Shown: positions 34,665-35,360 of the stretch, one piece after another
Position numbering within the stretch: position 1 is the stretch's first letter
How the letters are laid out: every line of letters begins with the position of its first letter
Assembly: GCA_049970635.1 (NCBI GenBank)
Contig: JBMFMO010000002.1
Coordinates: forward strand, 1 to 35,360
Direction of reading: 5' to 3'
From: Minisyncoccia bacterium
Lineage (GTDB): Bacteria > Patescibacteriota > Minisyncoccia > UBA6257 > HR35
Length of the DNA stretch: 35,360 nucleotides
The notes under the pieces: generated by a model
Told to the model about the DNA's origin: nothing
The model's database searches: none
What the model saw: only the letters and a program-made list of their open reading frames with translations
Made by a program: the position numbers and the translations under genes

Positions 34665-35136
34665 AAAATATTATAAAGCATTTAAGGGATTTTCAATAAT
34701 AGAGATGATGGTTGTATTATTGTTTTTTGTTGGCCTAACTATTCTTTTAGCATCAAGGCCATTTTCCTTATCTTCTGAATATCAAATTGTGCAACAAGAT
34801 GCAAAAAAAATAAAACAAATTTTAGATACTGCAAGAGAAAAAGCAATAATGAATGAGAAGGGTGTAAACTGGGGAGTTTATCTTGTTGGAAGCTCTTCAA
34901 CATACTATATTTTTGCAGGAGATAATTTTAAAGAAGCTATAGAATATACTCCATATTTTTTAGATTCTTCAAATATATTTTTAGATCCTGCAAGTGGAAC
35001 AGTAAAAGAGATAGTTTTTCAAAGATATAAAGGTTATGCAACAAATACACAAATAGAAATAGGTTTAAAAAATAAAAATATAAAAGCAAAAGTAAAGATA
35101 AATTATTTCGGAAATATTGATTTTGAGATTTATTAG
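34654..35136 (+). CDS. Type IV pilin / pseudopilin with a class III signal peptide
   Basis: KAFKG|FSIIEMMVVLLFFVGLTILLA is the prepilin cleavage/N-methylation motif, with Glu at +5. I prefer the ATG at 34654 to the TTG at 34642 used by the track. Confidence 0.8.
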   Translation: MTIKKYYKAFKGFSIIEMMVVLLFFVGLTILLASRPFSLSSEYQIVQQDAKKIKQILDTAREKAIMNEKGVNWGVYLVGSSSTYYIFAGDNFKEAIEYTPYFLDSSNIFLDPASGTVKEIVFQRYKGYATNTQIEIGLKNKNIKAKVKINYFGNIDFEIY

Positions 35137-35360
35137 TTTATAATTATAAAGATGAAGAAGGTAATAATTTATACAACAAGTTATTGCCCATTTTGCCAAA
35201 TATTGATTTTGAGATTTATTAGTTTATAATTATAAAGATGAAGAAGGTAATAATTTATACAACAAGTTATTGCCCATTTTGCCAAATATTGATTTTGAGA
35301 TTTATTAGTTTATAATTATAAAGATGAAGAAGGTAATAATTTATACAACAAGTTATTGCC
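35112..35360. repeat. Perfect 86-bp tandem repeat, 2.9 or more copies, running off the window edge
   Basis: Units at 35112-35197, 35198-35283 and 35284-35360 (partial) are identical by eye. Each unit holds the last 8 codons (including stop) of the pilin gene, a 15-nt spacer and the first 46 nt of a glutaredoxin-like gene. Confidence 0.95.
35152..35229 (+). pseudogene. Truncated glutaredoxin/NrdH-like start (MKKVIIYTTSYCPFCQ...) created by the tandem repeat
   Basis: The ATG at 35152 gives MKKVIIYTTSYCPFCQ, then runs into the repeated pilin 3' end (ILILRFISL-stop). A second identical copy lies at 35238-35315. A third begins at 35324 and continues beyond the window. Confidence 0.7.

Noticed and set aside
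1-35360. An alternative genetic code with UGA recoded, as in some candidate phyla
   Set aside because: TGA clearly functions as a stop, for example at the rpoB end (8372-8374) and the 34083 ORF end, both forming ATGA overlaps. All conserved proteins are full length under the standard code.

Overview
Very AT-rich, gene-dense window. Nearly all genes are on the minus strand and many starts and stops overlap. Content is mostly housekeeping. It includes peptidoglycan and envelope genes (murA, mraY, a PBP5-type carboxypeptidase, a MurE-like ligase, an LCP protein, a Wzy_C/TPR protein) and rpoB-rpoC. It also has rplJ-rplL, an rpmG too short for the ORF track, a short infB, rbfA, lysS, ftsK and a RodZ-like protein. 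Further genes encode a YjbQ protein, a membrane-anchored Clp/Hsp100 ATPase, an EndoQ-like PHP nuclease and a type IV pilus module (pilB, pilC, one pilin). I folded seven tRNAs by hand: Phe, Ala, Glu, Val, Pro, Cys and Leu. TGA is used as a stop, so the standard code applies. The compact genes, low GC and gene mix suggest a small-genome Patescibacteria/CPR-like bacterium, but that is inference only. I see no transposase, integrase, CRISPR array or recognisable defence system. The unusual signals are mostly non-coding. (1) Four places where a gene-gene junction is duplicated as a long direct repeat: three flank 185-222 bp unique inserts and one is a perfect 86-bp tandem repeat. (2) A phased 28-bp GC-word array abutting tRNA-Phe. 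(3) A 15-nt leader motif shared by rplL and two PT-rich cell-surface genes. (4) Substitutions at catalytic or specificity-motif positions in MurA, the MurE-like ligase and the Clp ATPase.
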